Virus record (IMG/VR): IMGVR_UViG_3300042691_019533
Coordinates: 14,183 to 78,182 of that record
Length of the DNA stretch: 64,000 bases
Reading direction: 5' to 3' (one strand)
From: a virus
Of the stretch, positions 28,955-38,364 are shown piece by piece. The notes under the pieces are model-generated. The model made no database searches and was not told the DNA's origin. It saw only the letters and a program-made list of their open reading frames with translations. Position 1 is the first letter of the stretch. Each line of letters begins with the position of its first letter. The position numbers and the translations under genes are program-made.

Positions 28955-29573
28955 CATATATTTAAAAAACTCTAGACAAGGGAAACCATACAAATATAGA
29001 AAAGATTTTGATGAAATATCAGAGTATGTAAGTTTAAATTTAAAAAAATTAGATACTTTTTTTTCTAAATTTAAAAATATTAAGATAGAAGATTTTTTCG
29101 AATCTCCTAATTTAATATATGATAATCAACCATATCCAAAATTAGATTATTTCAATACTAGATCTGCTATAAGAGCTTATTCTATAAGTAGTAAACAAAA
29201 AGAAGATCAAAATCCAGAAAAACAATTTGATGATATTAAACAAAGTTTTTTGTTTATAATGAAATTTTGTTTACATCAAAAAATTGAAGTCGAAAATTAT
29301 ATAAATTATAAAACCGGATTAGTATATAGCTGGATGAATCACTATAGAGAAAGACAAATAAACATATATAGTTTAATGGAATTTTCTAATCTAATTAAAA
29401 CTATAGACGAAACTCAAATAGATATTCTGGATATGTTTTCTAGTGACTTATCAAATAAAATAATAAAATTTAAAACTAGATATAATTCATCTCCTAAAAC
29501 TATAGAGTTTGTTAAAAGGGGAACAGAGAAAATAAAAGATTACGTAAAAAAAGAGTTGCAAAAAAACAAATAA
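28917..29573 (+). CDS. Hypothetical protein, positional candidate for a gp59-like helicase loader
   Basis: 218-aa basic/aromatic helical protein immediately before gp32; function inferred only from size and position. Confidence 0.4.
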   Translation: MQNITEHQKKIYNIYLKNSRQGKPYKYRKDFDEISEYVSLNLKKLDTFFSKFKNIKIEDFFESPNLIYDNQPYPKLDYFNTRSAIRAYSISSKQKEDQNPEKQFDDIKQSFLFIMKFCLHQKIEVENYINYKTGLVYSWMNHYRERQINIYSLMEFSNLIKTIDETQIDILDMFSSDLSNKIIKFKTRYNSSPKTIEFVKRGTEKIKDYVKKELQKNK

Positions 29574-29583
29574 TTGATATCAT
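29556..29583 (+). promoter_or_regulatory. Sigma70-type promoter TTGCAA-N16-(TG)TATCAT for gp32
   Basis: Motif read directly; 10 nt from ATG 29594. Confidence 0.55.
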
Positions 29584-29593
29584 TAATTTCGAT

Positions 29594-30439
29594 ATGAGTA
29601 AATACACATCAACATTGTTCGAATCCTTGAAGGATTCGTTAAGCGCAAAAACAAACACGGAATCATCTTTTAAGGATTTCTTAAAATGTGAACCAGATAA
29701 AACATACGTAGTTCGACTACTTCCAAACCTAGAGGATAATTCAAAAACTAGATTTCATTATTGGCAGCATATTTTCGACAGCTGTGTAAGCGGGAAGAAA
29801 ATTTCTATCCTCTGTCCAAATACATATGGAGAAAAATGCCCAATTGATGAATATAGATCCAAGGTTTGGGCTTCCAAGAATCAAGCATTAATTGAACAAT
29901 CGAAACCACTAAGGAAGACTGAGAAATGGCTTTATAACGTTTACGTAATAAGCGATCCTACAAATCCAGAAAATAACGGAAAGGTTAAGATTTTGAATTC
30001 AGGAACACAGCTACAGAAAATAATTCAAAGTGCAATCGACGGAGACGATAGTCAAGAGTTTGGATTTAGAATTTTTGATTTATCTGAAAATGGTTGCAAT
30101 TTAAGAGTTAAAGTTGAGAAGAATGAAGGTGGATATCCAACTTATGTAAGCTCTAGATTCATGTCTCCTTCAAAGATCGAAGGACTCGATGACGTAGATT
30201 CTATTTATGAATCCGTAAAACCACTAGATTCTTTCTTTCAGAGAAAGACATATGATGAGATTAAAAAACTCATGGATTTACACTTCTTCGGTAAAGAAGA
30301 ATCAGAATCTACATCTTCTGTCATCGAAGAAGTCGAAGAAGACGAAGAACAGAATATCACCAAGTCATCTTCTGACGTTGAAGATAATAATCTATCAGAT
30401 GAAGATCAAAGAATGCAAGATATTCTAAAAGATCTATAA
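29594..30439 (+). CDS. gp32: Single-stranded DNA-binding protein gp32
   Basis: VRLLP, CPNTYGEKCPI, NVYVISDPTNPENNGKVKI, G-x-NLRVK, acidic tail. Confidence 0.9.
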   Translation: MSKYTSTLFESLKDSLSAKTNTESSFKDFLKCEPDKTYVVRLLPNLEDNSKTRFHYWQHIFDSCVSGKKISILCPNTYGEKCPIDEYRSKVWASKNQALIEQSKPLRKTEKWLYNVYVISDPTNPENNGKVKILNSGTQLQKIIQSAIDGDDSQEFGFRIFDLSENGCNLRVKVEKNEGGYPTYVSSRFMSPSKIEGLDDVDSIYESVKPLDSFFQRKTYDEIKKLMDLHFFGKEESESTSSVIEEVEEDEEQNITKSSSDVEDNNLSDEDQRMQDILKDL

Positions 30440-30442
30440 TAT

Positions 30443-30844
30443 ATGACTGAATCACAAGAAGACGCTTTGCAAGCAGCAATGCTTGCAAAGTTCGTCGGCT
30501 CAAGCCTCAATCAAATAGACTCTTTATCAATAGATAGAAGATCTGTACCAGCAAATAGATTAAACGTTAATGATTTTGTATCTAAAGTAACAAATTCTAA
30601 TCCAAATCAAAATAGAAATAACGTATATAATCAACATCAAGCTAATAGCTCTGGATTTGCTGCTCCGCCACCGGAAGAAGTAATTCAAAGATTGATACCT
30701 GATCCGATTCCTAGATCATATTCTGATAATCAGCCGCAGATATCTAATCCGAATACAGTTCAAAATTCAGAAAAAATAGAAAATATTTTAGAAAATATTA
30801 ATAAAAATTTAGAGCTATTAATTTCTCTCATAAAAAATGGATGA
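30443..30844 (+). CDS. Hypothetical protein
   Basis: 133 aa, low-complexity middle, C-terminal coiled coil. Confidence 0.7.
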   Translation: MTESQEDALQAAMLAKFVGSSLNQIDSLSIDRRSVPANRLNVNDFVSKVTNSNPNQNRNNVYNQHQANSSGFAAPPPEEVIQRLIPDPIPRSYSDNQPQISNPNTVQNSEKIENILENINKNLELLISLIKNG

Positions 30845-31592
30845 CATTATTATACCCATTCCAAAAACATCATTAGAAAAGTTTTTAAAACCTATAAATA
30901 GAGCCTCAGACTCTTGTGTATTGAAAACTTATAAAAATTCAATGTATACAGTATGCACATCAGACGATAAATCTGTTATATTGTATGCATCATGTGATTT
31001 ACCAGTAGAGATTTCAGATTTAAAACTTAATATAATTAGTATTAAAAAGTTTCTAACTGGTTTAGAATGTTTGGGTGATAATGGAGAATTTTCAATAGTT
31101 TTAAATAAAAACCATCTAAGATGCCAGAGTAAAAGCGATTTAGAAACAGAAAATATATTTTTTAAATATCATTTAGTTGATGATGGGATTATCACAGAAT
31201 CAAGTGTTAACGTAGATGCTATTAAAAAATTAAATTTTGATACTGAGTTTGAAATACCAATACCCAAATTAAAACAAATAATGTCAGCATATTCATTTTC
31301 TACTGATGTTTCTAAAATATATTTTTATAGTAAAAATAATAGTATCTATGTAGATATAGATGATAAAACGATGAGTAACGTAGATAATATGACATTTTCA
31401 ATTAATGATAAGTTTATAGGTGATCTTTTACATAAACCTATAGCTATTAAAATAGAAGTTTTTAAAAATTTAATATCTAGTAAACTCCCAGTTAAAGTAA
31501 AAATAAATAATTCTCATCAAGTTTTTGTTTTTCAGACTAAAGAACATCAAGACGTAGAAATAAAATATATAGTTTCCGCACTTGTTAAATAG
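30837..31592 (+). CDS. gp45: Sliding clamp, gp45-like
   Basis: 251 aa, two repeated alpha/beta halves, C-terminal IKYIVSAL typical of clamps; replication context. Confidence 0.7.
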   Translation: MDDIIIPIPKTSLEKFLKPINRASDSCVLKTYKNSMYTVCTSDDKSVILYASCDLPVEISDLKLNIISIKKFLTGLECLGDNGEFSIVLNKNHLRCQSKSDLETENIFFKYHLVDDGIITESSVNVDAIKKLNFDTEFEIPIPKLKQIMSAYSFSTDVSKIYFYSKNNSIYVDIDDKTMSNVDNMTFSINDKFIGDLLHKPIAIKIEVFKNLISSKLPVKVKINNSHQVFVFQTKEHQDVEIKYIVSALVK

Positions 31593-31615
31593 AATATAAA
31601 ATATAAATTAATTAT

Positions 31616-31936
31616 ATGGGTATTAATAAAATCACATCACTAAGTTATTTCATTAAACGTCTAAGGGATTCTGGATACGTAACTGATAAGTTATATTCGG
31701 ATTATTCCAATTCGGATGCTAGATCATGGACCGTAATAGTAGATCCTAAAGGACTTTCTGTGTTTATAACATGTTTTAATAATCATAATTTTTTTGGAGA
31801 AGAATATTTTGCCATATATGATGGTGGACAATATATCCCAGACAATTTTAAACTAAAAACAAGTTCTATAGAAGTTGTAGTTGAATATCTTTCAAAATTT
31901 AACATAAATAATAAATCTCCATCATATTCTAAATAA
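31616..31936 (+). CDS. Hypothetical protein
   Basis: 106-aa ORF. Confidence 0.7.
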   Translation: MGINKITSLSYFIKRLRDSGYVTDKLYSDYSNSDARSWTVIVDPKGLSVFITCFNNHNFFGEEYFAIYDGGQYIPDNFKLKTSSIEVVVEYLSKFNINNKSPSYSK

Positions 31937-31937
31937 A

Positions 31938-32327
31938 ATGGAACCAAAAAAACAAAAATATAAAAGTAAAAAACAAACTAATATAAATTCATTATCTGGA
32001 GACAATAAAAATGATATTATTAGTGTTTCTACTATGATGGAAATACAACAAAAAGTTTTCGAAGAAATAGATAATTTAGAACTACAAAAAAGTTTATTAG
32101 ATTGGGAAAAAAAACTTAAACAAAAACAAAAAATAGGAAAAAGAGATTTGTCAATACTAAAAGATACCATAAGTGAATATATGAATACATTTTTACTTTT
32201 TGGTTACAATTTAGATGATGACAGAGTTATAATTCAAAAATTTGAAAATCCAAGAGATAGAGATGCTATGATGGAATTTTTAAAAAATATATTTATAAAA
32301 CAACAAAGTGAAAATTTTTTAGATTAA
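31938..32327 (+). CDS. Hypothetical protein
   Basis: 129-aa ORF, tightly packed. Confidence 0.7.
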   Translation: MEPKKQKYKSKKQTNINSLSGDNKNDIISVSTMMEIQQKVFEEIDNLELQKSLLDWEKKLKQKQKIGKRDLSILKDTISEYMNTFLLFGYNLDDDRVIIQKFENPRDRDAMMEFLKNIFIKQQSENFLD

Positions 32328-32328
32328 T

Positions 32329-33390
32329 ATGGACATAGAAGAAATTTGCAAACAAAAAATATTTAATTCAACGGTATTTAAATCAAATAGTTCTAAACTT
32401 TTAGATCCCGATTTTGATTTAAAGGGATTCGTTTGCGAAGTACTAAAAGTAGTAAACATACCAAATATAGATCCAGTTTTAAATGATCCGGAACCATTTT
32501 ATACACCATCTCAAGATTTTTCAACATTATTAACTGTTGGTGATCCTAGAATGCCTTTAGGATTAGTGTTATCTGCATCATATATAAATTTCTTACCTAG
32601 AAATATAGTTAAAGTTGAAGCTATTAAATTAGGAGGAACTCAGATAATAGAAGGTATTATTTGTAATAGTGATGGAATACCAGTTAAAGAAACGACTTTA
32701 GATTCTTTTGCTGATAAAGATCCAAAACAAAAAGAAATATACGTAAGAGGAATTTTAGAAAATCCGGATCTTAAAAAAATCTATCCTCAATATAATTTTT
32801 ACGAATCTATATGTTTTGAACAACCCCCAATTACAATAGCACCTTTACTAAAAACAATAGATCAAATCGAAAATCTACCCCCGTTAAATATTATTGCACA
32901 TAGCAAAGAATATAATGATTTATTTTCATACTCATATCAAGTTGATATGTGCTCAAAACCACTAGATTTTAATACTATATTAGATATAGAATCAACAGCA
33001 CAAGAATATCAAAATTTTACAAATGAAATGTTATCTTTTGGTAAAAAACAAAATACATTATATTTTATAGAGTTCTTAAAAAGATTTTTTATAACAAGAG
33101 GTTGGAAAATATATTTAAATAAATTTGAAGTTCCTCCGGTATTTTTTATAGTTGCATCTAAAAACAATTCAAAAATTTATTTAAAATATTGGTATGATCA
33201 ACTTGATAATATATCTGTGTTATTAGGAATTGATACTATAACTTCAAATATTTCTAAAACTGGAATATCAATGGATGCTAAATTAGCAAGAACTGTGGTT
33301 GATCCATTACCAGATTATAGAAAGATAATGAAAAGTTCGGAATTACAAGAAACATTCTATAAGTACGTTTTAGAAAATTATTTATTATAG
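32329..33390 (+). CDS. Hypothetical protein
   Basis: 353-aa ORF, no motif recognised. Confidence 0.75.
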   Translation: MDIEEICKQKIFNSTVFKSNSSKLLDPDFDLKGFVCEVLKVVNIPNIDPVLNDPEPFYTPSQDFSTLLTVGDPRMPLGLVLSASYINFLPRNIVKVEAIKLGGTQIIEGIICNSDGIPVKETTLDSFADKDPKQKEIYVRGILENPDLKKIYPQYNFYESICFEQPPITIAPLLKTIDQIENLPPLNIIAHSKEYNDLFSYSYQVDMCSKPLDFNTILDIESTAQEYQNFTNEMLSFGKKQNTLYFIEFLKRFFITRGWKIYLNKFEVPPVFFIVASKNNSKIYLKYWYDQLDNISVLLGIDTITSNISKTGISMDAKLARTVVDPLPDYRKIMKSSELQETFYKYVLENYLL

Positions 33391-33404
33391 TATCTTATAA
33401 TAAA

Positions 33405-35528
33405 TTATTCGCATTCAAATAAATTAAATGTAGGTTCTGGTATTAATTCTCCATCTGGAGTAAACTTAACTGGTGCGTCTACATAATCCTTATCACCAAA
33501 AGCATTATCAGAATTTATACCATATGATTGATTTCTTTTTATTCTAGCAGCTCTAATTCTAGATGCATTTCCGAATGGAGATCCTCCACCTCCACACGGT
33601 CCTAAATCTCCCAAGCTAGGATAGTTACCAGTTTGATTACCCATACCAGTAGCTCTAGCAGGAGTAGGAATAACGGAAGGTTCATCCCGTGAAGCCGTCG
33701 CCGCCGCAGCACTATCATAACCAAGCATTCTAGGCATTATATAACTATGAGAATGTTGATCCCCCGGAGATCCATGATTATGAGTGTATGTATAAATCGG
33801 TATCATAGAAGGTGTTACGAAAGCAGTACCATTTAATGAACTTATTCCTCCATAACTACATGTTCCAAATCCATAAACCGTAATTGGCATATATGTAGTA
33901 TAATCATATATCATCGCATATCCAGTCGGTAAAAAAGTATTATCAACAACTTGACTTATTTGTGCAGTTGAATATGTTTCTTCAGTAATAGTTTTAATAA
34001 AATCTGGACGCAATATTGCCAATAAAAGACTAACAACTGGAATTCTTTCTATATTTTTCCAAATTTTATCGAACACATCCATCGTAGTAGCATCCGGTTT
34101 TATTGGATTATTCCAATTTGATCCGGAATGTACATTATGTGGAGAACTAGATAATGTGGTTTGTGTATTTTCAATTGGTGTTATTAAATGATTACATTGA
34201 ATACCCCCATCCATTACGATTGAACCTTTAACTGCTAGATCTGCTTTTACGCTTAATTTTCCTCCAACCCAAACTCTATCAGATTCTAAACATATCGCAT
34301 CACCATCTGCTTGCCTAGCTTCTATGACTACGTTTGCTCCGGATATTATAGTTTTATTTTTAGATGCCATCACTAATTCACCTTCAGTCGCATTAACTAA
34401 AGTTGTAGCTCCTACCAATGCAGCTTTTCCAGATGTTTCTATAGTATAACCTCCAGACCCAACCGTTACATTATAACGCTGTCCTATATCCCAAGTTTTA
34501 CTTCCGGCCAATAAAGTAGGAGGACTATATATAGCTCTTTTACATGCTCCAGCTGATGATGGAATTAAACACCAGTCTGGCTTCCCCTTTACTAATCCTG
34601 TAATTATAGGATTCTTTTCTCCAAAAGAAATTACTTTAGATTCGTTTCTAACTAATCCAATTTTTGTTATATAATCTGAAGAATAAGTTTTGATATGACT
34701 TTCTGCTGGTATTTGTTTTTGTAATTTTTCAATTTGTTTTTTATTTTTTTCGTATTCATCAGCAGCTGCTTTATTTCCTTGTTGTATTGCATAAAGAGGA
34801 GATGATATGGATCCATTTTTACAACCACTACATCCGCACGAACCTCCAGTTAATGCGGCTATTATTATATCATCAAGAAAAAACCCCAATACGGTTCGCA
34901 ATACTGCTTGCGCCTTTTCCATTAAACTACCAAATGAAGAATTTGGTTTTATATTAAAAAGTGCATTTATATATTTAAACGCAGTATTAACCATTGTGGA
35001 AGCTCTATCTATGTCAACTTTATTTGTTCCACAAACAGGGCATACAATTTTTTCATCATTCTTTGCGTTTTTTTCTATTTCTTCTACGCATTTATTATCT
35101 ATCTGACTTGTTATTTTTTGTAATTTTTGAGCTGCTTCTACAGTTTTTTTATCGTGCGTTCCACTAATATAGTGATGAGATCCTCTTATAGTTTCATATT
35201 TGTCTCCGTAATAATAATATTGGGCGTCATTACCTACAAACTTATAATAATTAGCGGTAATATAATCAGATTTATCACTTGTTGTTTTGGATATTATTTT
35301 TCCTCCTCTAAAACTAATAAAAGATTTATTTTTATCCTGTAACTGAATGAATGAAGTATCTTCAGGGATAAAAGATCCGAACTCGTCTTTCCTTACTTTA
35401 TTACAAAATACTAAAGCTCCAGCTTCATTTCCTAATCTACTTTTTTCATATGACACATCTTGAGTTATTGTCGGTGGAACCAAACCTCCACTTAAATTTT
35501 GAAAAATACTAGTATCAACTGCAATCAT
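33405..35528 (-). CDS. Baseplate central spike, C-terminal part (gp5 beta-helix/needle-like)
   Basis: 8-residue beta-helix repeats (VGNDAQYY, YYGDKYET, IRGSHHYI; VGGKLSVKADLAVKG), paired HxH motifs (HNH..HSH), CPVC/CGCSGC insert. Confidence 0.65.
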   Translation of the reverse strand: MIAVDTSIFQNLSGGLVPPTITQDVSYEKSRLGNEAGALVFCNKVRKDEFGSFIPEDTSFIQLQDKNKSFISFRGGKIISKTTSDKSDYITANYYKFVGNDAQYYYYGDKYETIRGSHHYISGTHDKKTVEAAQKLQKITSQIDNKCVEEIEKNAKNDEKIVCPVCGTNKVDIDRASTMVNTAFKYINALFNIKPNSSFGSLMEKAQAVLRTVLGFFLDDIIIAALTGGSCGCSGCKNGSISSPLYAIQQGNKAAADEYEKNKKQIEKLQKQIPAESHIKTYSSDYITKIGLVRNESKVISFGEKNPIITGLVKGKPDWCLIPSSAGACKRAIYSPPTLLAGSKTWDIGQRYNVTVGSGGYTIETSGKAALVGATTLVNATEGELVMASKNKTIISGANVVIEARQADGDAICLESDRVWVGGKLSVKADLAVKGSIVMDGGIQCNHLITPIENTQTTLSSSPHNVHSGSNWNNPIKPDATTMDVFDKIWKNIERIPVVSLLLAILRPDFIKTITEETYSTAQISQVVDNTFLPTGYAMIYDYTTYMPITVYGFGTCSYGGISSLNGTAFVTPSMIPIYTYTHNHGSPGDQHSHSYIMPRMLGYDSAAAATASRDEPSVIPTPARATGMGNQTGNYPSLGDLGPCGGGGSPFGNASRIRAARIKRNQSYGINSDNAFGDKDYVDAPVKFTPDGELIPEPTFNLFECE

Positions 35529-35534
35529 AATATA

Positions 35535-35540
35535 TATTTA
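35535..35540 (-). promoter_or_regulatory. Late promoter box TAAATA
   Basis: 6 nt before ATG 35528. Confidence 0.55.
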
Positions 35541-35561
35541 GTTTTTATATAAAAAATACAA

Positions 35562-36713
35562 CTATATATAGGTATTAGATGGTTCTATAAAAGCACCAAT
35601 AACTATAGGACTTAAATGATTTCCATCCAAAAACATAACATATGCTTTTGCTCCCACTTGAGGAGCACTTATAAATCCAATAGAGCTTCCCGCATTTCCA
35701 ATATACGACGACCCATCCCCTGAGGAGCCGTTAAAATCTGTACATATTCTTGGTACTAGTTCTGGTGGTTTGGTTACTACTATGGGATCAGTAGATGGTT
35801 GCATTTCCGGAAGAGGAGTTTCAAAATCAATTCTCTCTATTTCAGATGAAAGAGTCCCTTGGCGATTATTAATACCATTAGCTTTTTGAGCTAATTTTTC
35901 AGATTCTATATTGTTTTTAGCTATTGTAAACCATTTTGGTTCAGAAACTAACGATTTAATTTCTGGTTTATCAGTAACTTCATCTGCTGATCTTGGCCAT
36001 CCAACGTGAAGATGATCGCCTTCCCAGTATATTTTAGAAACCCCAGGCTGGTTAGCAAACCAATTAAGATATGCAGCCTTAGTTTGGTCTGTTATTGGGT
36101 TTTTATTTTTATCTAGAGCACTAATGTCTAATGCAAGACCACCTTTAGCGTAAGGACCACTTTCATTTTTATTATTATCGGGATAATGAGCACTACCAGC
36201 ACTATGACCAGTTGATTCAGCCGCGCCGGATATCCTAGCATCCGGAAAATTAGAAAGAAAATGCGTTGCGTTATTATATACAGATGAATTTAAATTAGCT
36301 ACATTTGTTCTATTTGGATCGGGAGTATTTAAATTTTCTAATGGAATTTCATCAGTTGGTGTACTTGGTGATTCTCCATCAAGATTCAAATACAATGTAT
36401 CTGATTCTGATTCTACTTCTGTAGGTATTGGGGTTGGATTGTTGTTATTATCAACCGGAGCACCAGTTCCACCACCAAAAAATGGCATAGCTACTTCAGC
36501 CCAAGGTAATACATCAATTAATCTTTGAGTTATTTCAGGTGTAAAAACATCAGAATCCAAAGTTCTAAATCTTATATTTTTATTAGATTCATTCCAACCG
36601 GAATATAAAGTATTTGTCAAATGAGGAATATATACTTGAACTCTTCCTTTTTGCTTTGGGTCTTTATTATTTACAACAAGTCCTATATAAATATTATTTA
36701 AAGATGTAGTCAT
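35562..36713 (-). CDS. gp5/VgrG N-terminal OB-fold protein with an inserted M15-like Zn peptidase domain
   Basis: YIGLVVNNKDPKQKGRVQV..LPWA at the N-terminus, PQVGAKAYVMFLDGNHLSPIVIG at the C-terminus; SAHY..ALDI..HLHV between them. Confidence 0.75.
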   Translation of the reverse strand: MTTSLNNIYIGLVVNNKDPKQKGRVQVYIPHLTNTLYSGWNESNKNIRFRTLDSDVFTPEITQRLIDVLPWAEVAMPFFGGGTGAPVDNNNNPTPIPTEVESESDTLYLNLDGESPSTPTDEIPLENLNTPDPNRTNVANLNSSVYNNATHFLSNFPDARISGAAESTGHSAGSAHYPDNNKNESGPYAKGGLALDISALDKNKNPITDQTKAAYLNWFANQPGVSKIYWEGDHLHVGWPRSADEVTDKPEIKSLVSEPKWFTIAKNNIESEKLAQKANGINNRQGTLSSEIERIDFETPLPEMQPSTDPIVVTKPPELVPRICTDFNGSSGDGSSYIGNAGSSIGFISAPQVGAKAYVMFLDGNHLSPIVIGAFIEPSNTYI

Positions 36714-36718
36714 TTATA

Positions 36719-38278
36719 TTATGTAGCTGGAAGTCTTTGTTGATTAGGATTTATGCTATCCGTTAATCCCTCATCTTCATCTGGCTTTGCACTATTAATA
36801 TTTTTATTAGATTTAAATGGATTTATAGAATTTAAAAAATCACCAGCACCAGCTAAATCTTTTGGTAAATCAGTTTGTAATCCTTTGAATTCTTTAGTTA
36901 ATATTTTGAAGTTTTGTTTTAAATTAGCTCCTATATCATATGGATCTTTTGGATTTCCTAAAACATCTTCTGTTCCACCATTGTAATAATTAGCATCCAT
37001 CAAATCATTAACATCCGGTATACTAGAATCATCTGAATTGTATCTCTCCCAAATTGATTTAGCTTTACTCATCACATCACTTAGAGGAGTAACGCCAGAA
37101 GAATATTTAGAACCATATTTTTCAACTAAAGCTCCGACAATATCTCCTTGTAGAGCAGTATTTATATAAGATAATCCAAAATTAGCCAAATTATCAGATA
37201 TAAATCCTTCGGGATCTTCCCCGATACTATTAAAATTATCTATATATTTTTTAACGTCTTCCGGAAGAAATGCTGCTAATGTAGTAAATGGATTTTGTAT
37301 AAAATTAGAAGTAGTATTTACATAGGTTTGAATGGTATTTAAATAATTTAACCACGGACCACTTGCGTTAAATAAAGAAGTAAAGAAATTTATATCATCT
37401 AAAACGATTTGAACTGTATCTAGTATTAAACATAACAAATCTAAAGGGATGATTTGATTTATGAGATTTAAAAGAAATAATTTTATATTATTTATTATTA
37501 TATTTATAGTGGCGTAAACTTTTCTTATTAGTTTAGTTAACTGTTTATAAAAATCATTTATTAAAGTGTTTAAAGTTCTAACTACACCATTTATTAAATT
37601 CATAACTCTTCTGATGGAACCAAAAGCACCAGTAGGCATTGATAAATAAGATCTAGTTCTTATAGTATTACAAAATTTTTCCAAGCTATTAACAGATCCG
37701 GGTGCTATTTTTTCCATAGCATTAGTAACTAAACTTGGAGTAAACCTATTAGGTCCAGTCATAGCGTTATTATCTCTCCTATCTCCATTAGCTTCGATGT
37801 TTCCAAATTGTCCAATACTATCAAAAGATCCTTTACTATACGCTGGAGTTTTTTTTAAAATTTCAGTTAATTGTGGTATATTTATCATTCTTTGAAAATC
37901 TTTTATAAAGATTTCATCCGCTACATATTTTTCACCATTAACTTGTACTGTCATTACATTATTATCAAATCCTTCAGTTAAAAAATGTAAAAGAAGAAGA
38001 TATTTTAATCTATTTAAATCAGTAAATTGATGCTTTATTCTAGCTAATTCTCCACCTAAAATGTAAGGTAAAAGATTTAAATTTGTTTTTGATTCTAATG
38101 ATCTAATTTCTTTTTTTAATTCATTTAATTCTTCTTTTGATTGTATTACTTTAGAAGAAGGTGGTTCGACGCGAGATTTTTTAACTTTAGGTAAACCTGT
38201 TTCTTTAATGTCTTTCCCTACTGACTTAGGAGTAGTTTCTTTTTTTGTATTTTTAGCCGAAACTTTTTGAATTGCCAT
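36719..38278 (-). CDS. Hypothetical virion-associated helical protein
   Basis: 519 aa, long amphipathic/hydrophobic helices, directly upstream of the spike genes. Confidence 0.55.
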   Translation of the reverse strand: MAIQKVSAKNTKKETTPKSVGKDIKETGLPKVKKSRVEPPSSKVIQSKEELNELKKEIRSLESKTNLNLLPYILGGELARIKHQFTDLNRLKYLLLLHFLTEGFDNNVMTVQVNGEKYVADEIFIKDFQRMINIPQLTEILKKTPAYSKGSFDSIGQFGNIEANGDRRDNNAMTGPNRFTPSLVTNAMEKIAPGSVNSLEKFCNTIRTRSYLSMPTGAFGSIRRVMNLINGVVRTLNTLINDFYKQLTKLIRKVYATINIIINNIKLFLLNLINQIIPLDLLCLILDTVQIVLDDINFFTSLFNASGPWLNYLNTIQTYVNTTSNFIQNPFTTLAAFLPEDVKKYIDNFNSIGEDPEGFISDNLANFGLSYINTALQGDIVGALVEKYGSKYSSGVTPLSDVMSKAKSIWERYNSDDSSIPDVNDLMDANYYNGGTEDVLGNPKDPYDIGANLKQNFKILTKEFKGLQTDLPKDLAGAGDFLNSINPFKSNKNINSAKPDEDEGLTDSINPNQQRLPAT

Positions 38279-38320
38279 ATATAAAAACTTATCAAAATGT
38301 TCTATTTTTTCATTCTTTTG

Positions 38321-38349
38321 TTGATTTAAATAGTTTTATATAATATAAT
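38321..38349 (+). promoter_or_regulatory. Sigma70-type promoter TTGATT-N17-TATAAT
   Basis: Near-consensus, upstream of the dNMP kinase. Confidence 0.6.
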
Positions 38350-38364
38350 TTTATATAAACAAAT

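Noticed and set aside
35529-35561. Frameshift or sequencing error splitting gp5
   Set aside because: Clean stop, a 33-bp spacer with its own TAAATA box and ATG; the OB-fold ends naturally at the stop
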